Source of the DNA: an uncultured bacterium
GTDB lineage: Bacteria > Zhuqueibacterota > QNDG01 > DTFT01
NCBI GenBank assembly: GCA_963736115.1
Contig: CAVTNR010000015.1
Coordinates: forward strand, 1-57,910
DNA: 57,910 bases
Direction of reading: 5' to 3'
This document shows positions 57,001 to 57,910 of the stretch, piece after piece (position 1 is the first letter of the stretch; the number at the start of each line of letters is the position of its first letter). The notes under the pieces were generated by a model. It was not told the DNA's origin. It saw only the letters and a program-made list of their open reading frames with translations, and did not search any database. A program made the translations under genes and the position numbers.

Positions 57001-57910
57001 TCGGATCTCTTTCCGCCGGAGCGCCGGCCGGCCGCCTTTTTCCGGGTTTTCATCGGCCGTTTTTCCGGTCGTCCGGCGCCGCCTGCATCCGTCGTGGCCG
57101 GCCGGACCGTGCCCGCGGGCGGAGCGGCAGGACCGCCGCCGTAGATCTCATAAGCCTCCAGGATGTCCTTGACCAGCCGGTGGCGGACGATGTCCTCCTT
57201 CTCGAGAAAGACGAAGTCGATGCCCTCCACGCCCCGGAGAATGGACTGGATCTGGATGAGGCCGGAAAGGGTGCTGTTCGGCAGGTCGGTCTGGGTGTCG
57301 TCGCCGGTGACAATGGCCCTCGATCCGATGCCGAGTCGGGTGAGAAACATCTTCATCTGCATCGCCGTGGTGTTCTGCGCCTCGTCGAGAATCACGAACG
57401 CGTCGTTCAGGGTTCTCCCCCGCATGTAAGCCAGCGGCACGATCTCGATGATCTTCCGCTCCAGATATTTCTGCAGCTGGTCGTTGGGCAGCATGTCGAA
57501 CAAGGCGTCGGTGAGCGGGCGCAGGTAGGGGTCGACCTTCTCCATCAGGTCTCCCGGCAGATACCCGAGGTTCTCGCCCGCCTCGATCGCGGGACGCGTC
57601 AGGATGATGCGCGACACCTCGCGCGCCCGCAGTTTCTCGACCGCGATCGCCACGGCGAGATACGTCTTGCCCGTTCCGGCCGGGCCCACCGCGAATACGA
57701 TCTCGTTGGCGAGGGCCGAGCGGCAGTAGCGTTCCTGGCCCGGGGTCTTGGGCCGGATGACGCCCTTCTTCCCGTAATAGACGAAGGTTTCCGGGACCGG
57801 ACCGGCCGGTGCCGCGGGCGTTTCGGGGCCCTCTTCGCGGACCCGTCGGATGGCCGAACGGACATCGTCCGCGTCCAGCCGTCCGTTCTTGTTCAGCAGG
57901 AACAGCGCCT
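56997..57910 (-). CDS. phoH: PhoH-like ATPase (5' end outside the window)
   Basis: GPAGTGKTYLA, RPAIEAGENLGYLPGD, PLAYMRGRTL, ILDEAQN, VRHRLV. Confidence 0.95.
   Translation of the reverse strand, partial: ALFLLNKNGRLDADDVRSAIRRVREEGPETPAAPAGPVPETFVYYGKKGVIRPKTPGQERYCRSALANEIVFAVGPAGTGKTYLAVAIAVEKLRAREVSRIILTRPAIEAGENLGYLPGDLMEKVDPYLRPLTDALFDMLPNDQLQKYLERKIIEIVPLAYMRGRTLNDAFVILDEAQNTTAMQMKMFLTRLGIGSRAIVTGDDTQTDLPNSTLSGLIQIQSILRGVEGIDFVFLEKEDIVRHRLVKDILEAYEIYGGGPAAPPAGTVRPATTDAGGAGRPEKRPMKTRKKAAGRRSGGKRSE

Noticed and set aside
57781-57810. Apparent frameshift in phoH
   Set aside because: One displayed sequence block has only 9 characters; the ORF track translation implies the missing base is present, which keeps phoH in frame.

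Overview
The window appears to be two pieces. (1) Bases 1 to ~2870 are lower in GC and rich in indels: btuF-like and tonB (both frameshifted), tadA, two tRNA-Ser genes, SRP RNA and a dnaX 5' end that breaks off at ~2870. This segment holds the most unusual structure: an 84-aa GIY-YIG nuclease gene between tRNA-Ser(GGA) and tRNA-Ser(CGA). Each tRNA has a partial duplicate on its outer side, and both duplicates carry a 36-bp double-hairpin insert at the same T-loop position (TTCG^AATCC), with compensatory base changes between the two inserts. (2) Bases ~2870-57910 are GC-rich DNA resembling an FCB-group bacterium (KSB1/Calditrichota-like, inferred from FlgD/T9SS-type C-termini, PorV-like and GWxTD genes). 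Contents: phasin, LacI/ROK, a class-V PLP enzyme, three secreted vWA proteins, purL/purQ, GH26, a STAS-RsbW fusion, a DUF6057/TolB-like/Rid cluster, a TonB-dependent receptor-cargo-PorV-GWxTD locus with a triplicated ~1000-aa secreted protein, and phoH-HD-ybeY-tRNA-Leu-tig-clpP-clpX. Several REP-like palindrome families occur, some nested inside one another. No CRISPR array, integrase, transposase or reverse transcriptase was seen. All family assignments are by eye from motifs, not from database searches.
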